From Candidatus Limnocylindrales bacterium (GTDB taxonomy: Bacteria; Chloroflexota; Limnocylindria; Limnocylindrales; CSP1-4), in the NCBI GenBank assembly GCA_038214375.1, contig JBBQRX010000001.1, positions 77,131 to 141,130 of the forward strand: a DNA stretch of 64,000 nucleotides, written 5' to 3'. The notes under the pieces are model-generated. The model searched no databases and was not told the origin of the DNA. It was given only the letters and a program-made list of their open reading frames with translations. Position numbers and translations under genes: made by a program. Below are positions 27,749 to 37,645 of this stretch, piece after piece (position 1 is the first letter of the stretch; each line of letters starts with the position of its first letter).

Positions 27749-29046
27749 GCACGCCGCCGGGCGAGTCCTTTCCACACCTTCGACTCCGGGTCGCGTCGGA
27801 GCCGCTCCTCGCACTGCCGTGGGAGCTGCCGCTGGCGCGCTGGCGCGCCGACCGGGCCGTCCTGCGGGCGCTGCCCGTCGGCCCGTCGCGCCACCTCGTG
27901 CGCTTCGTGGTGGTCGACGAGACGGTGTACGCCCTCAAGGAGGAATCGATCGACACCGCGCGCCACGAGTACGAGCTGCTCGTCCGGCTCGAGACGCTCG
28001 CGCTGCCCTCCGTTCGCGCCATCGGGATCGCGGAGCGGGCGCACGATGGCACCGCGATCCTGGTGACCGAGTATCTCCGCCACTCGCTCCAGTACCGGCG
28101 GCTGCTGATGCGCGTCCCGCTGGCGGCCGGCGGCTACCGCGACCGGCTTCTCGATGCGATGGCGTCGCTCCTCGTGGACCTCCACCGGGGCGGCATCTAC
28201 TGGGGCGATTGCTCGCTGGCGAACACGCTCTTCCGGCGCGACGGCGGAACGATCCAGGCGTACCTGGTGGACGCCGAGACCAGCGAGACGTACGCCTCGC
28301 TCTCGGACGGCCAGCGCAGCTACGACCTCGACGTCCTCGTCGAGAACGTCGCGTTCGGCCTCGCCGACCTCGCCGCGTTCCAGGGTCGGCCGGACGCGAT
28401 GGACGAGCAGATTGCCGCGGCCGAGTCGGTCAGGCAGCGGTACTCCGGCCTCTGGCAGGAGCTCCACGGCCAGGTCGAGATCCTGGCCGGCGACCGGTTC
28501 GCGATCCAGGCCCACATCCGGCGGCTCAACGACCTCGGCTTCGCGATCGGCGAGATCGAGCTGCTTCCCGGCGCCGGCGGGAAGGTCCGCCTCCGGACGG
28601 CTGTCGCCCAGCGCGACTTCCACGCCCGGGAGCTGGATCGGCGGACGGGCATCGTGGCGCTCGAAGGCCAGGCCAGGCTCCTGCTCAATGATCTCCGGGA
28701 ATACCGCGCCTGGCTGACGTTCTTCGAGCAGCGGCCCGTGTCGTCGCCCGAGGGCGCGGCCCGCTGGCAGGGGGAGGTCCTCCAGCCATACCTGGGCAGG
28801 CTCGAGAAGGTCATCGGCCCCGGCCGCGATCCGCTCCAGGCGTACTGCGACCTGCTCGAGCACAAGTGGCTCCTCTCCGAGCGGGCGCAGCGAGACCAGG
28901 GGCTCGAGGCGGCATTCGCGTCCTACGTGGCGGCCGGCGCGCCCGCGCCCGAGCTGCCCGGGGGGGATCCGGGCCTGGACCTCGACTCGGCGGACCCCGA
29001 GACGATGTGGGGCGGCGGCGCCGCATCGGAGGTCCGGGGGGCATAG
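27745..29046 (+). CDS. DUF4032-domain (lipopolysaccharide-kinase-like) protein; probable CTG start (first canonical start is GTG 27898)
   Basis: SRHLVRFVVVDETVYALKEESIDTARHEYELLVRLE...YWGDCSLANTLFRRDGG. Homology-like sequence LPWELPLARW...PVGPSRH lies upstream of GTG 27898 in an open frame that has no ATG/GTG/TTG. CTG 27745 overlaps the GNAT stop (CTGA) 5 nt after ggaag. Confidence 0.7.
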   Translation: MSTPPGESFPHLRLRVASEPLLALPWELPLARWRADRAVLRALPVGPSRHLVRFVVVDETVYALKEESIDTARHEYELLVRLETLALPSVRAIGIAERAHDGTAILVTEYLRHSLQYRRLLMRVPLAAGGYRDRLLDAMASLLVDLHRGGIYWGDCSLANTLFRRDGGTIQAYLVDAETSETYASLSDGQRSYDLDVLVENVAFGLADLAAFQGRPDAMDEQIAAAESVRQRYSGLWQELHGQVEILAGDRFAIQAHIRRLNDLGFAIGEIELLPGAGGKVRLRTAVAQRDFHARELDRRTGIVALEGQARLLLNDLREYRAWLTFFEQRPVSSPEGAARWQGEVLQPYLGRLEKVIGPGRDPLQAYCDLLEHKWLLSERAQRDQGLEAAFASYVAAGAPAPELPGGDPGLDLDSADPETMWGGGAASEVRGA

Positions 29047-29097
29047 CCGCGAGCGGCAGTCGGTCCACCGCCCGCGTGGCCCGGAGCCGTCGACGCG

Positions 29098-29631
29098 TTA
29101 CCAGCGCTCTTCGTGCACGAGCTCGGCCAGCGCCCGCCGGCCGCCCGCCCGTTTCGGCCTGGTCAGGGCCGACTCGTCGGCGGGGTAGCCGAACGAGAGC
29201 AGGTATTCGCACGCCATGCCGTCGGGAAGGCCGAGCAGCTCGGACACCCGCGCATGCTCGTAGACGGTGGCCGGTACGCTGCCCACGCCCAGCTCCCACG
29301 CGGCGAGGACCATGTTCTGGGCCGCGCGGCCGAGGTCGAACGCGATCGAGAGCGGGGCGCCCTCGGCGCGCGGGTCGGGGCTCACGAGCGCGATCGCGGC
29401 CGCCGCGCCCGCGAGGTGGCCGGCATACGGCCCGACGGTCGAAAGCTCGCGCAGGTGCGCGCGGTCGTCGCACACGATGAACGCCCAACGCTGCTCGTTC
29501 TTGGAGCTGCCTGCGCGTCGACCCGCATTCAGGATTCGGTCGAGCGCCGCAGGCTCCAGCGGCCGATCCGCAAACGCGCGGACGACACGAAGCGAGTCGA
29601 TCGCTTCCCAGGTGCCCAGGGCCGGTTCCAT
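29098..29631 (-). CDS. nitroreductase-family protein
   Basis: RVVRAFADRPLEPAALDRILNAGRRAGSSKNEQRWAFIV...AAQNMVLAAWELGVGS; 177 aa from ATG 29631. Confidence 0.85.
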   Translation of the reverse strand: MEPALGTWEAIDSLRVVRAFADRPLEPAALDRILNAGRRAGSSKNEQRWAFIVCDDRAHLRELSTVGPYAGHLAGAAAAIALVSPDPRAEGAPLSIAFDLGRAAQNMVLAAWELGVGSVPATVYEHARVSELLGLPDGMACEYLLSFGYPADESALTRPKRAGGRRALAELVHEERW

Positions 29632-29698
29632 GCGAGCGCCTCCAGTCTGCGAGGGGTGGGTTGGTGGTGTGCGAATCGGCCTGTTTCGAATCGGCCTT

Positions 29699-30766
29699 TC
29701 AGGGTCCCACGAGGCCGAGCTCGGCTGCTTCCGGGTTGCGGGGGTCGGGCTCGGAGCTCGCCTCTCCGTCGAGCGCGCTGAGCGACCCGTCGGTGTCCGG
29801 TGGGCGTTGCACGTGGGCAGCGACGGCACGGACGGCCGCCAGGTCCGGCTCCGGGGCGCCGGCGAGGTTGCGCGCAAGGAAGGCGGCGATGCGCCCGCGG
29901 TACGCCGCGTCCTCGTAGAGCCAGCGATGGCGGCCCTCCGGCAGGATCAGGAGCTCGACCTCGCGGCCTGCGACGCGCCGGGCCGCCCGATCGAGGCGAT
30001 CCGCGTGGTCCGGCCCGACGATCTCGTCGAGCGCGCCGTGGACGATGAGGATCGGGCCCGCATACCGGGCGACCGCCGCGGCCGCGCTGACTGCAGACGG
30101 CGCGTGGCCGCGGGGCCGCAGGTAGACGCGGGTCGTGAGGGCGGCCAACGGTTGCGCCACGAAGCCCGGCATCGACAGCCCGGCGAGCTGGAACGTTCGC
30201 CTCGTCAGGCGCCGCGGATCGGCTGGCGCGGCCGTGGTGACGAGGGCAGCGATCCGCGGATCGCCGGCGGCCGCGATTGCCGCCCCGATCGCGCCCATCG
30301 AGTGCCCCAGCACCGCGACAGACGTGACGTCCGGCCGGGCCGCCGCCAGCGCGACGGCCGCACGAGTGTCCGCCCCGAACTCGGCGCCGCTGATGGGGAG
30401 CGACTCCGGCCGGTTGTCGCCGTGGCCGCGAACGTCGAAGAGGAGCGCGGCGAAGCCCGCTGCGTGCAGGAACGCGGCGTTCGGGAGCATCCGGGCGCGG
30501 TTCGATTCCCAGCCGTGGACGAGCACGACCGCCGGTGCGGGCCGGCCCCCTGGTGCGGGGATGAACCAGCCGGGCAGCGACCCGGCCTCGGACGCGACGG
30601 CCACGACCTCGAAGGGCAGGCCGTATGCGTCGGGGGTCTCGAGCGCCGGCCGGCGCGCCGGGAATCCCGCTCGGCGGCGATATTCGACGGCAAACCGGTA
30701 GGCCGCGACGGATGGAGCGACGACCGCGGCGCCGAGCCCCACGAGAACCTTGCGGGATGTGCGCAT
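29699..30766 (-). CDS. alpha/beta hydrolase
   Basis: N-terminal TM/signal segment, VVLVHGWES, nucleophile elbow GHSMG, IVHGALDEIV. Confidence 0.85.
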   Translation of the reverse strand: MRTSRKVLVGLGAAVVAPSVAAYRFAVEYRRRAGFPARRPALETPDAYGLPFEVVAVASEAGSLPGWFIPAPGGRPAPAVVLVHGWESNRARMLPNAAFLHAAGFAALLFDVRGHGDNRPESLPISGAEFGADTRAAVALAAARPDVTSVAVLGHSMGAIGAAIAAAGDPRIAALVTTAAPADPRRLTRRTFQLAGLSMPGFVAQPLAALTTRVYLRPRGHAPSAVSAAAAVARYAGPILIVHGALDEIVGPDHADRLDRAARRVAGREVELLILPEGRHRWLYEDAAYRGRIAAFLARNLAGAPEPDLAAVRAVAAHVQRPPDTDGSLSALDGEASSEPDPRNPEAAELGLVGP

Positions 30767-30804
30767 CGCCGAAGGGTACCGCCCCGCTCGGCTAGGATGG
30801 TGTG

Positions 30805-31704
30805 ATGGCCCAGCGCGACCCCCACGACGTGCTCGGGGTGAGCCGGGATGCCAGCCAGGCCACCGTGAAGGCAGCCTGGCGGCGCCTGGCCCGCGAGCAC
30901 CACCCCGACCTCGCGGCCGATGCGACCGAGCGCCGGGATGCCACGCGCCGGATGGCGGAGATCAACGCGGCCTACCAGGCGCTGCGCTCCGGCGCGGGCC
31001 GCTCTTCGGGCTCGGCGTCCGGCCCGGCGGGTGGCGCAAGAAGCGCCGGCGGCACGGGGCCGGCCCAGTCCGCGCCCGACGCCGCGCGTCCCAGCGGCCC
31101 GCCGCCTCCGCCGCCCACCCGGCCGGTCACCGCCCGGCTCGACACGACGCACCTCTTCCGGCCGCATAACGCGACGACGACCCCGGCGGGCGGTGGCTAC
31201 CGGCACCGGCCGCGTGCCCCGAGCGCCCTTCGGCGGGCGACGTGGGGCGAAGTGGAGGAGCCGCGTGCGTCGGACCCGACCGGTCCCCTGGAGCGCGTCC
31301 GGGCGCGCCGCGCATCCCGTCGGCCTCTGCCGAGCCTCGATGCAGCGCTCGGGACGGAGATCGTCTTCGGCAAGTTCCACGGGCGCACGCTCGAGGAGAT
31401 CGAGGCCCTGGAGCCGACCTACCTGGAATGGCTCGAGCGCACGATCACGCGCGACCCGGATCTCGTGGCCGCCGCCCGGGTCGTCCTGGACGAGCGCTTC
31501 CGCCGCCACGCGGCCGGGGCCGGGCGGCGAGCAATGGCAGACGCCGGGTGCCCGGATCCGAACCAGCCGGAATCTCCAGCCGAGCATGCTTCGGCGCCCT
31601 CCTCCGCCGCTGCGTCCGAGGACGTTGCGGGACCCGCCGAGCATGAGGACGGGGACGCCGATCGGCGTCCCCGTGAAGCTGCCGCGAGAGGATCCGCGGG
31701 ATAG
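30805..31704 (+). CDS. J-domain (DnaJ-like) protein with C-terminal DUF3820-like region
   Basis: DPHDVLGVSRDASQATVKAAWRRLAREHHPDL (HPD motif). C-terminal FGKFHGRTLEEIEALEPTYLEWL. ATG 30805 (GTG 30802 also possible) after aggatgg. Confidence 0.8.
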   Translation: MAQRDPHDVLGVSRDASQATVKAAWRRLAREHHPDLAADATERRDATRRMAEINAAYQALRSGAGRSSGSASGPAGGARSAGGTGPAQSAPDAARPSGPPPPPPTRPVTARLDTTHLFRPHNATTTPAGGGYRHRPRAPSALRRATWGEVEEPRASDPTGPLERVRARRASRRPLPSLDAALGTEIVFGKFHGRTLEEIEALEPTYLEWLERTITRDPDLVAAARVVLDERFRRHAAGAGRRAMADAGCPDPNQPESPAEHASAPSSAAASEDVAGPAEHEDGDADRRPREAAARGSAG

Positions 31705-32115
31705 GTCCGCGGCCCGATGAGTCCACAGCCACCGTCGCGGACCGGGCCTGCTGGCCGGAGATCCGTGGTTACTCGACTCGTGCCCGAAGCCCCAGGGGCC
31801 ACCCAATGACGCTCCCCGCGGCGTCCTCGAAGTTTGGTGTGTCCCGGCGCTCCGGGCCGTGGCCGACGCCCCAGGTTGTTCCCGGTGGCTCGCGCCGACG
31901 GCTGCAGATGGAAGGTAGGCCTCCTCGCCGCTCGTGGCAATGCGACCTCCGTCCCGGTTCGGGGCCCGACAATCGTCGGAGGCGTTCGGGCACCGGCCCC
32001 GGACCGTCGTACCAGGTGACCGCCTGCACCGGATGCCGCGTCGCCGTCGCGCCCGCGGCCCCAGCGGCCCTTCGTACCTGCGGCAGCCGTGCACGACGCC
32101 GGGTACGCTGAACGT

Positions 32116-32718
32116 ATGCGCAACGTCATCTCGCGCGGCGGCGCCGGGCTCGTCGCGGCAGCCCTGATCGTTGTCGCCTGCACGGGCTCCTCGGCTCCGC
32201 CTCCGTTCGACCCGACCACGCCATGCGGAGGGGTCGACCGCCAGGAGATGAAGGGCGCCTACCCGGACCTCGAGGCCCGGATCCCAGCCGCGCTCGACGG
32301 CCAGGTCGCGGACAGCCGCGATTCCGGGCGCTTCTGCTCGAGAGCCACCCTCGGGACGCTGTGGGACGCGGGGATCCGCGAGTCCCAGTTCGGCGGCGGG
32401 ATCTGGGCGATCGATCCGGCCGGGGGCACCTCCCTGCCGGGGCTCCAGCTGTCCGTGTTCCGCGCGCCGGGCCTGAGCGCCAGGCTCCTCGCGGACGAGT
32501 ACAAGTCCGGTGCCGATGCCACCCGCCGGGTCTCCGTCGTCTCCGCGACGAACGAGCAGGTCGGCGGCCGGCCGGGATTCCGGATCAACCTTCTCAACGG
32601 CGACTCGCACCAGGCGATCGTGGTGTGGCCGTCGGCCGACGGCGCCGTGGTCCAGGTGGTGATCGCCGCGGACGTCGGCGAGTCGAAGGTACAGGCGGCG
32701 ATCGCCGCGCTCCGCTGA
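32116..32718 (+). CDS. hypothetical lipoprotein
   Basis: [25 protein letters not shown] gives a signal peptide plus lipobox. High GC3. Confidence 0.65.
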   Translation: MRNVISRGGAGLVAAALIVVACTGSSAPPPFDPTTPCGGVDRQEMKGAYPDLEARIPAALDGQVADSRDSGRFCSRATLGTLWDAGIRESQFGGGIWAIDPAGGTSLPGLQLSVFRAPGLSARLLADEYKSGADATRRVSVVSATNEQVGGRPGFRINLLNGDSHQAIVVWPSADGAVVQVVIAADVGESKVQAAIAALR

Positions 32719-32815
32719 GCCCAGGATTGCCTCGGATGACCCGGTCGGCAGCGGTCGTGGAGTTCGCCGGCGCGCCCGATGGACGCCTGGGGCCCGTCGG
32801 GCTAGCATCGCGCGC

Positions 32816-34615
32816 ATGACCTGGCAGGCTCGGAAGCGCGCCTGGGAGCGCGAGCGGCTCGACCCGGCGCGAACGCGCGCGCCGGAGCGCTCGCCGCGCT
32901 TCACCACGATCTCGGACGTGGAGGTGGCGCGCCTCTACGGCCCATGGGACTGGACACCGCCGGGATCCGGCGACGCCCGGGGTGCGGACGGCGACGACCC
33001 GGCGCGGCGCGACGCCCCCGGCGGAGGCGGCCCCACCGCGGTCGATCATCGCGGGGAGCCGCTCCGGGCCGGTCGGTGGAATGACTTCGATCCGATCCGC
33101 GACATCGGGTTCCCGGGCGAGCCGCCGTTCACGCGGGGCATCCACCCGACGGGCTACCGCGGGCGCGCCTGGACGATGCGCATGTTCGCCGGGTTCGGCG
33201 CGGCCGAGGACACGAACACCCGTTTCCGCGACCTGCTCGCGGCTGGCCAGACCGGCCTCTCGGTCGCCTTCGACATGCCGACGCTCTACGGCTACGACAC
33301 GGACGATCCCGAGGCGGAGGGCGAGTTTGGGACGTGCGGGGTCGCCGTCACCTCGCTCGCTGACATGGAGGTGCTCCTCGACGGGCTCCCGCTCGACCGG
33401 GTCAGCACGTCCATGACCATCAACTCGCCGGCGGCGCCGATCTGGGCGATGTACATCGTAGCCGCCGAGAAGCGGGGCGTGCCGCGGGCGGCGCTCGAAG
33501 GGACGCTCCAGAACGACATCCTCAAGGAGTTCATCGCCCAGAAGGAGTACCTCTTCCCGCCGGCGCCGTCGCTCCGACTGGTCACCGACACGATCGAGTT
33601 CGGGACCCGGGAGCTGCCACGCTGGAACACCGTCTCGATCAGCGGCTACCACATCCGCGAGGCGGGGAGCACCGCGGTCCAGGAGCTGGCGTTCACGCTC
33701 GCCGACGGCATGGCGTACACGGAGGCGGCGCTCGCCCGCGGGCTCCGAGTGGACGAATTCGCGCCCCGGCTCTCGTTCTTCTTCAACGCGCATGCCGACT
33801 TCTTCGAGGAGATCGCGAAGTACCGGGCGGCCCGCCGGATCTGGTGGAAGCTGATGACGGCGCGCTACGGGGCCGAGAACGAGCGTTCGACCTGGCTGCG
33901 CTTCCACACCCAGACCGCGGGCGTCAGCCTCACGCCGCAGCAGCCGCTCAACAACCTGACCCGGGTGGCGATCCAGGCCCTGGCCGCGGTCCTCGGCGGG
34001 ACCCAGTCGCTCCACACGGACGCCTACGACGAAGCCTGGGCGGTGCCGACCGCCGAGGCCGCCCTGCTCGCGCTCCGGCAGCAGCAGGTCATCGCCGAGG
34101 AGACCGGGGTCGCGAACACGATCGACCCGCTCGGCGGGAGCTGGTTCGTCGAGGCGCTCACGAACCGGACGGAGCGCGAGGTGTGGCGCTACCTCGACGA
34201 GATCGACGCGCGCGGCGGGATGGTCGCGGCGGTCGCCCAGGGGTACCCGCAGCGCGAGATCGCGGACGCTGCCTACCGCTTCCAGCGCGAGGTGGACGCA
34301 GGAGAGCGTCGGATCGTGGGCATGAATGCGCACGTGGATCCCGACGAGGTGCTCGCGGTGCCGCTCCTGCGGGTTCCGGCAGGCTCGCTTGAACGCCACC
34401 TCGCTCGGCTCGAGCGCACCCGTCGCGAGCGGGACGCGACCGCAGTGGCCGCGGCGCTGGCGGGGCTGCGCGAGGCGGCCGCGGCGCCGGAGTCGTCCGC
34501 GACGAACCTGATGCCGCATTTCCTTCGCTGCGCAGCCGCCTACGCCACGCTCGGCGAGCAGTGCCGGGTGCTTCGCGAGTTCTTCGGGGAGTACCGAGAG
34601 CCGGTCGCGATCTAA
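32816..34615 (+). CDS. methylmalonyl-CoA mutase-family protein, large catalytic (substrate-binding TIM barrel) subunit
   Basis: [73 protein letters not shown]. There is no C-terminal B12 domain, which is supplied by a separate gene at 41369. Confidence 0.9.
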   Translation: MTWQARKRAWERERLDPARTRAPERSPRFTTISDVEVARLYGPWDWTPPGSGDARGADGDDPARRDAPGGGGPTAVDHRGEPLRAGRWNDFDPIRDIGFPGEPPFTRGIHPTGYRGRAWTMRMFAGFGAAEDTNTRFRDLLAAGQTGLSVAFDMPTLYGYDTDDPEAEGEFGTCGVAVTSLADMEVLLDGLPLDRVSTSMTINSPAAPIWAMYIVAAEKRGVPRAALEGTLQNDILKEFIAQKEYLFPPAPSLRLVTDTIEFGTRELPRWNTVSISGYHIREAGSTAVQELAFTLADGMAYTEAALARGLRVDEFAPRLSFFFNAHADFFEEIAKYRAARRIWWKLMTARYGAENERSTWLRFHTQTAGVSLTPQQPLNNLTRVAIQALAAVLGGTQSLHTDAYDEAWAVPTAEAALLALRQQQVIAEETGVANTIDPLGGSWFVEALTNRTEREVWRYLDEIDARGGMVAAVAQGYPQREIADAAYRFQREVDAGERRIVGMNAHVDPDEVLAVPLLRVPAGSLERHLARLERTRRERDATAVAAALAGLREAAAAPESSATNLMPHFLRCAAAYATLGEQCRVLREFFGEYREPVAI

Positions 34616-35394
34616 CTCGCCCCGGCTGGGTGCGCCTCCGAGCCGGCCCGCAGGGTCTCCGGGTCGTCCGGCAGGGTCTCCGGGTCGGCCGGCAGCGCCC
34701 CGGCGACGGTCCGTGCGAAGGAGGCCGCATCGACAAGCGTCGCGGCCAGGAAGTCCACCTCGAGGCGTGCCGCCACGCCGGCGTCCGCGACGATCCCCCC
34801 GCCCAGCATGATCGGGAGAGGTGGGTCGGCCCGCTCGGCCCGGGCCGCCGCCACCGCGTCACGGATTGACGCCTCGCGCTCGGGGAGCGACGCGGTCAGC
34901 GCCAGCAGGGCCGCCTGGTTGCGGGCCAGGAAGCGGGCGAGATCGGCCGGGGGCACGTCGGGCCCGAGGTTCGCGACGCTCCAGCCGTCGTCACGCAGCA
35001 CCTGGTCGAGGCACGCGAGCCCGAGCCCGTGCTGCTCGCCGGCGACGCCCGCGAGGACGGCCAGCGGTCCGACGCGACCCTCGGGACCCTGGGTCGGCCG
35101 GATCCGCTCCAGCGCGCGGAGCAGCGTCTGGGATGCCAGGTGCTCCTCGGCGACCGTCCAGCGGCCTGTCTGCCATCGCTCGCCGACGAGCGTCATCGCG
35201 TCGCGGAGGAGCCCGTCGAAGGCCGGCGCCCGTCCCTGCTCGGCCACGGCGTTCCTGAGGGCCCAGGCAGCGAGCTCGTCGTCGCCGTCGGCAAGGAGGG
35301 ACGCGAGGAGGTCGGGCGTGAATGTCGTCGCGGCGAACTGGTCGGTCGCGCGAGCGGGATCGACGGGCGGTAGGTTCGGCATCGGGTCCTGCAT
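34612..35394 (-). CDS. stand-alone cobalamin-binding domain protein (CarH/AerR-like, no DNA-binding domain)
   Basis: B12-binding_2 helix bundle with [12 protein letters not shown] (Wx9EH), then a Rossmann-like B12 domain with [13 protein letters not shown] (ExHxxG lower-ligand motif). Its stop overlaps the mutase stop on the other strand (CTAA). Confidence 0.75.
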   Translation of the reverse strand: MQDPMPNLPPVDPARATDQFAATTFTPDLLASLLADGDDELAAWALRNAVAEQGRAPAFDGLLRDAMTLVGERWQTGRWTVAEEHLASQTLLRALERIRPTQGPEGRVGPLAVLAGVAGEQHGLGLACLDQVLRDDGWSVANLGPDVPPADLARFLARNQAALLALTASLPEREASIRDAVAAARAERADPPLPIMLGGGIVADAGVAARLEVDFLAATLVDAASFARTVAGALPADPETLPDDPETLRAGSEAHPAGAS

Positions 35395-35533
35395 CGAAGG
35401 GTGACTCTACCACCCGTTCGGCGCCCGGCGGCCGGCGGATTGGTCGTGCGTCTGACAATCGCCCGGGCCGACCGAATGACGGCCCCGGAACGGCGGCGTG
35501 ACTGCCGGGCGCGACGGGGCTACCATCGGGGTC

Positions 35534-36010
35534 ATGTACTTCGATGCGCTCTCCTTCCTCGAGGACGAACGGGACGCCTGGCGCTCCTACGAGGCTCTCC
35601 TGAACATGACGCCCGAGGATCTCGAGCGGCCGATCGCCGGCCCGGACCGCTGGTCGGGACGAGACCTCCTGGGGCACCTCGTCTTCTGCCAGGAGGTCGC
35701 GCTCCAGGTGGCGCGTGAGCTGGCCGTCGGTGAGACGAGTCCCTCGCGCCTGCGCGCCGAGGCCGAGTGGAACGCCCGGGGCGACGAGATGAACGCCGAG
35801 GCCGTGGCGGCCTGGCGGGCACTCCCGCTCGACGAGGTCCTGGCCCGCGCCCGCACCGTTGCCGGCGAGCTGCGCGGCCACCTGACTGTCGTGCCCGAGT
35901 CGCGCTGGCTCAAGAACGGCGAAGTCCAGGCGTTCTTCGCGGGCGAGACGATCGACCACTACGCGGAGCACGCCGCCGACCTTGACGTGATCCTCGCCGC
36001 GGCCCGATGA
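35534..36010 (+). CDS. DinB-like / mycothiol-maleylpyruvate-isomerase N-terminal-domain family protein
   Basis: RWSGRDLLGHLVFCQE...ETIDHYAEHAADL shows the His-based DinB_2 pattern. ATG 35534. Confidence 0.7.
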   Translation: MYFDALSFLEDERDAWRSYEALLNMTPEDLERPIAGPDRWSGRDLLGHLVFCQEVALQVARELAVGETSPSRLRAEAEWNARGDEMNAEAVAAWRALPLDEVLARARTVAGELRGHLTVVPESRWLKNGEVQAFFAGETIDHYAEHAADLDVILAAAR

Positions 36011-36459
36011 CGGGGCCGACGCTCGGGTCGCTTCTCGACGAGGGCGTCTCGCGACTCGAGGGAGCGGCCGCGGTGCCGACCGGGGAGGGGACCGAGTACT
36101 TCCTGGACGAGGTCCTGTTCGCGAGCTGTGCCGGGAGCGCGGCCGAGTTCCGCCTCCGGGACGAGGTCGGCGTTGCGGCACTGCGGACCCCGAATGCGAC
36201 GGCCTCCGCGCGGGGCCCCGGCTGGGTCCGGTTCGCGCCCCGGACGCTCGACGGGCACACGCGTGACCGCGCACTTGCCTGGCTCGAGAGCGCCTGGCGG
36301 CGCGCCGATACGGAGCTCTCGGGTCTGCCGGGCCCCGACGGGGATGGGGCCCGCGATGACGACGCGGACGACGACGACGCGGACGACGACGAAGATAGCG
36401 CGGACGACGACGAAGATGGCGCGGACGACGACGAGGGCAGCGCGGACCCGGCCGACTGA
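36007..36459 (+). CDS. hypothetical protein with poly-acidic C-terminal tail
   Basis: ATGA overlap with the upstream gene. C-terminal DDDADDDDADDDEDSADDDEDGADDDEG. Confidence 0.55.
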   Translation: MTGPTLGSLLDEGVSRLEGAAAVPTGEGTEYFLDEVLFASCAGSAAEFRLRDEVGVAALRTPNATASARGPGWVRFAPRTLDGHTRDRALAWLESAWRRADTELSGLPGPDGDGARDDDADDDDADDDEDSADDDEDGADDDEGSADPAD

Positions 36460-36517
36460 GGGAAGCGCGCCGCCCGCGGGCCAACGCGGCCCGACGAGGC
36501 AGCCCGAGACGGCCGGC

Positions 36518-36738
36518 CTTGCGGCGGATGCACGATCCAGCCGCCCGGCAGGCGGGACCCTTGGTCCGCTCGTCGACATCTTGCACCTGGCGTACGGGTC
36601 GGCCGGCTGGAGCCAGAAATCTGCCCTGAAGAGCCTTGACGCGACCCCGCGAGGGCGCCGACGGGGTCTCGGCCGGTCGGATCGTGCGTCTGATGTACGG
36701 CCCGGTCGGATTCATGCGGCTGGTGCATGGATTCGACG
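36518..36738 (-). repeat. 221-bp mosaic repeat element, copy B (reverse orientation)
   Basis: Its reverse complement aligns block by block with 9804-10024: cgtcgaatYC.tgcac, cacgaatccgacc, cgcacgatccgacc, gtacgcca.gtgca.agat..cgacgag, ctggatcgtgcatc..gccgcaag. Confidence 0.8.
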
Positions 36739-36914
36739 GGTCGGGCCGTAACTGCCGGCAGGAGGTTGTCTGTCCACTCGGAATCGAACCGCCCCACCAG
36801 GGTGAACCCAGCGGGGCGGCTCTCGAGCGGCGAATTGACTGAGTGGCAAGTGCCCGAGCGGCGAATGCCTGGGGTGCAGCGGACGCGCGCGGAGCCGATG
36901 CCCGCGCGAACGGG

Positions 36915-37262
36915 TCAGCTGACGGCGGGCTTCGCGTAGGTCGGGAGGCCGAAGCGCTGCTCGAGCTGGTCGGCGGGCTGGAAGCCCACGACGCCCATCG
37001 GTTGCTTGCCCTCACCCGGGAAGAACGCGATGGTCGGGATGCTCATGATGTTGAAGGCCTTGCTCAGGCCGGGGTTGGCGTCGACGTCGACCTTCACGAC
37101 GCTCACGGCGCCGTCGTACTTCGCGGCGAGCTTCTCGAGCTCCGGGGCGACGAGCTTGCAGGGCCCGCACCAGGCGGCCCAGAAGTCGACGATGACCGGA
37201 TGATCGGCCTTCAGGACGAGCTCGTCGAAGGTGGTGTCGGTTGCGTGCTTGATCTCGACCAT
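36915..37262 (-). CDS. trxA: thioredoxin
   Basis: VIVDFWAAWCGPCKLVAPELEKLA (WCGPC active site), 115 aa. Confidence 0.9.
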   Translation of the reverse strand: MVEIKHATDTTFDELVLKADHPVIVDFWAAWCGPCKLVAPELEKLAAKYDGAVSVVKVDVDANPGLSKAFNIMSIPTIAFFPGEGKQPMGVVGFQPADQLEQRFGLPTYAKPAVS

Positions 37263-37307
37263 CGGTCGGGAACCCTTTCTCCCGGCTGCGCGGGCGCGAT
37301 GGCAGGC

Positions 37308-37607
37308 CTAACCGGCCAGCCCCTGGATGAGACGGTAGGCTTCGAGGACGCGCGGGTCCGCGAGCCTGTAGTAGACGGTGCTTCCGTCGCGACGGGTCGA
37401 GACGAGCCCGGCGCTTCGGAGAACCGCCAGGTGTTGGGACATGTTCGGCACCTGGCAGCCGACACACGCGGAGAGCTCCGAGACGGAGAACTCCCCGCCG
37501 GCAAGCGTCTCGAGGACGCACAGCCGTTTCGGGTCGGCCAGCGCACGTCCGATCAAGGCGGCGCGCTGCCGCTCGGCGTCGGTGTTGATGCGCTCCTCGG
37601 TGACCAC
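37308..37607 (-). CDS. ArsR/SmtB-family transcriptional regulator
   Basis: LADPKRLCVLETLAGGEFSVSELSACVGCQVPNMSQHLAVLRSAGLVSTRRDGSTVYYRL is a winged HTH. Confidence 0.85.
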   Translation of the reverse strand: MVTEERINTDAERQRAALIGRALADPKRLCVLETLAGGEFSVSELSACVGCQVPNMSQHLAVLRSAGLVSTRRDGSTVYYRLADPRVLEAYRLIQGLAG

Positions 37608-37623
37608 GTGCGGAGTATCTCAT

Positions 37624-37645
37624 CACTTGCGCAACAACGCAAGTG
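37624..37645. promoter_or_regulatory. perfect 8-6-8 inverted repeat, candidate ArsR-family operator
   Basis: cacttgcg-caacaa-cgcaagtg, located 17-38 nt upstream of the arsR-like ATG (37607). Confidence 0.4.

Noticed and set aside
36729-36800. tmRNA- or tRNA-like signals (GGATTCGACGGG ... GGAATCGAACCGCCCCACCA).
   Set aside because: The two ends are only ~70 nt apart. The putative T arm pairs at only 3 of 5 positions. There is no tag reading frame, and the 5' part belongs to the duplicated 221-bp element.
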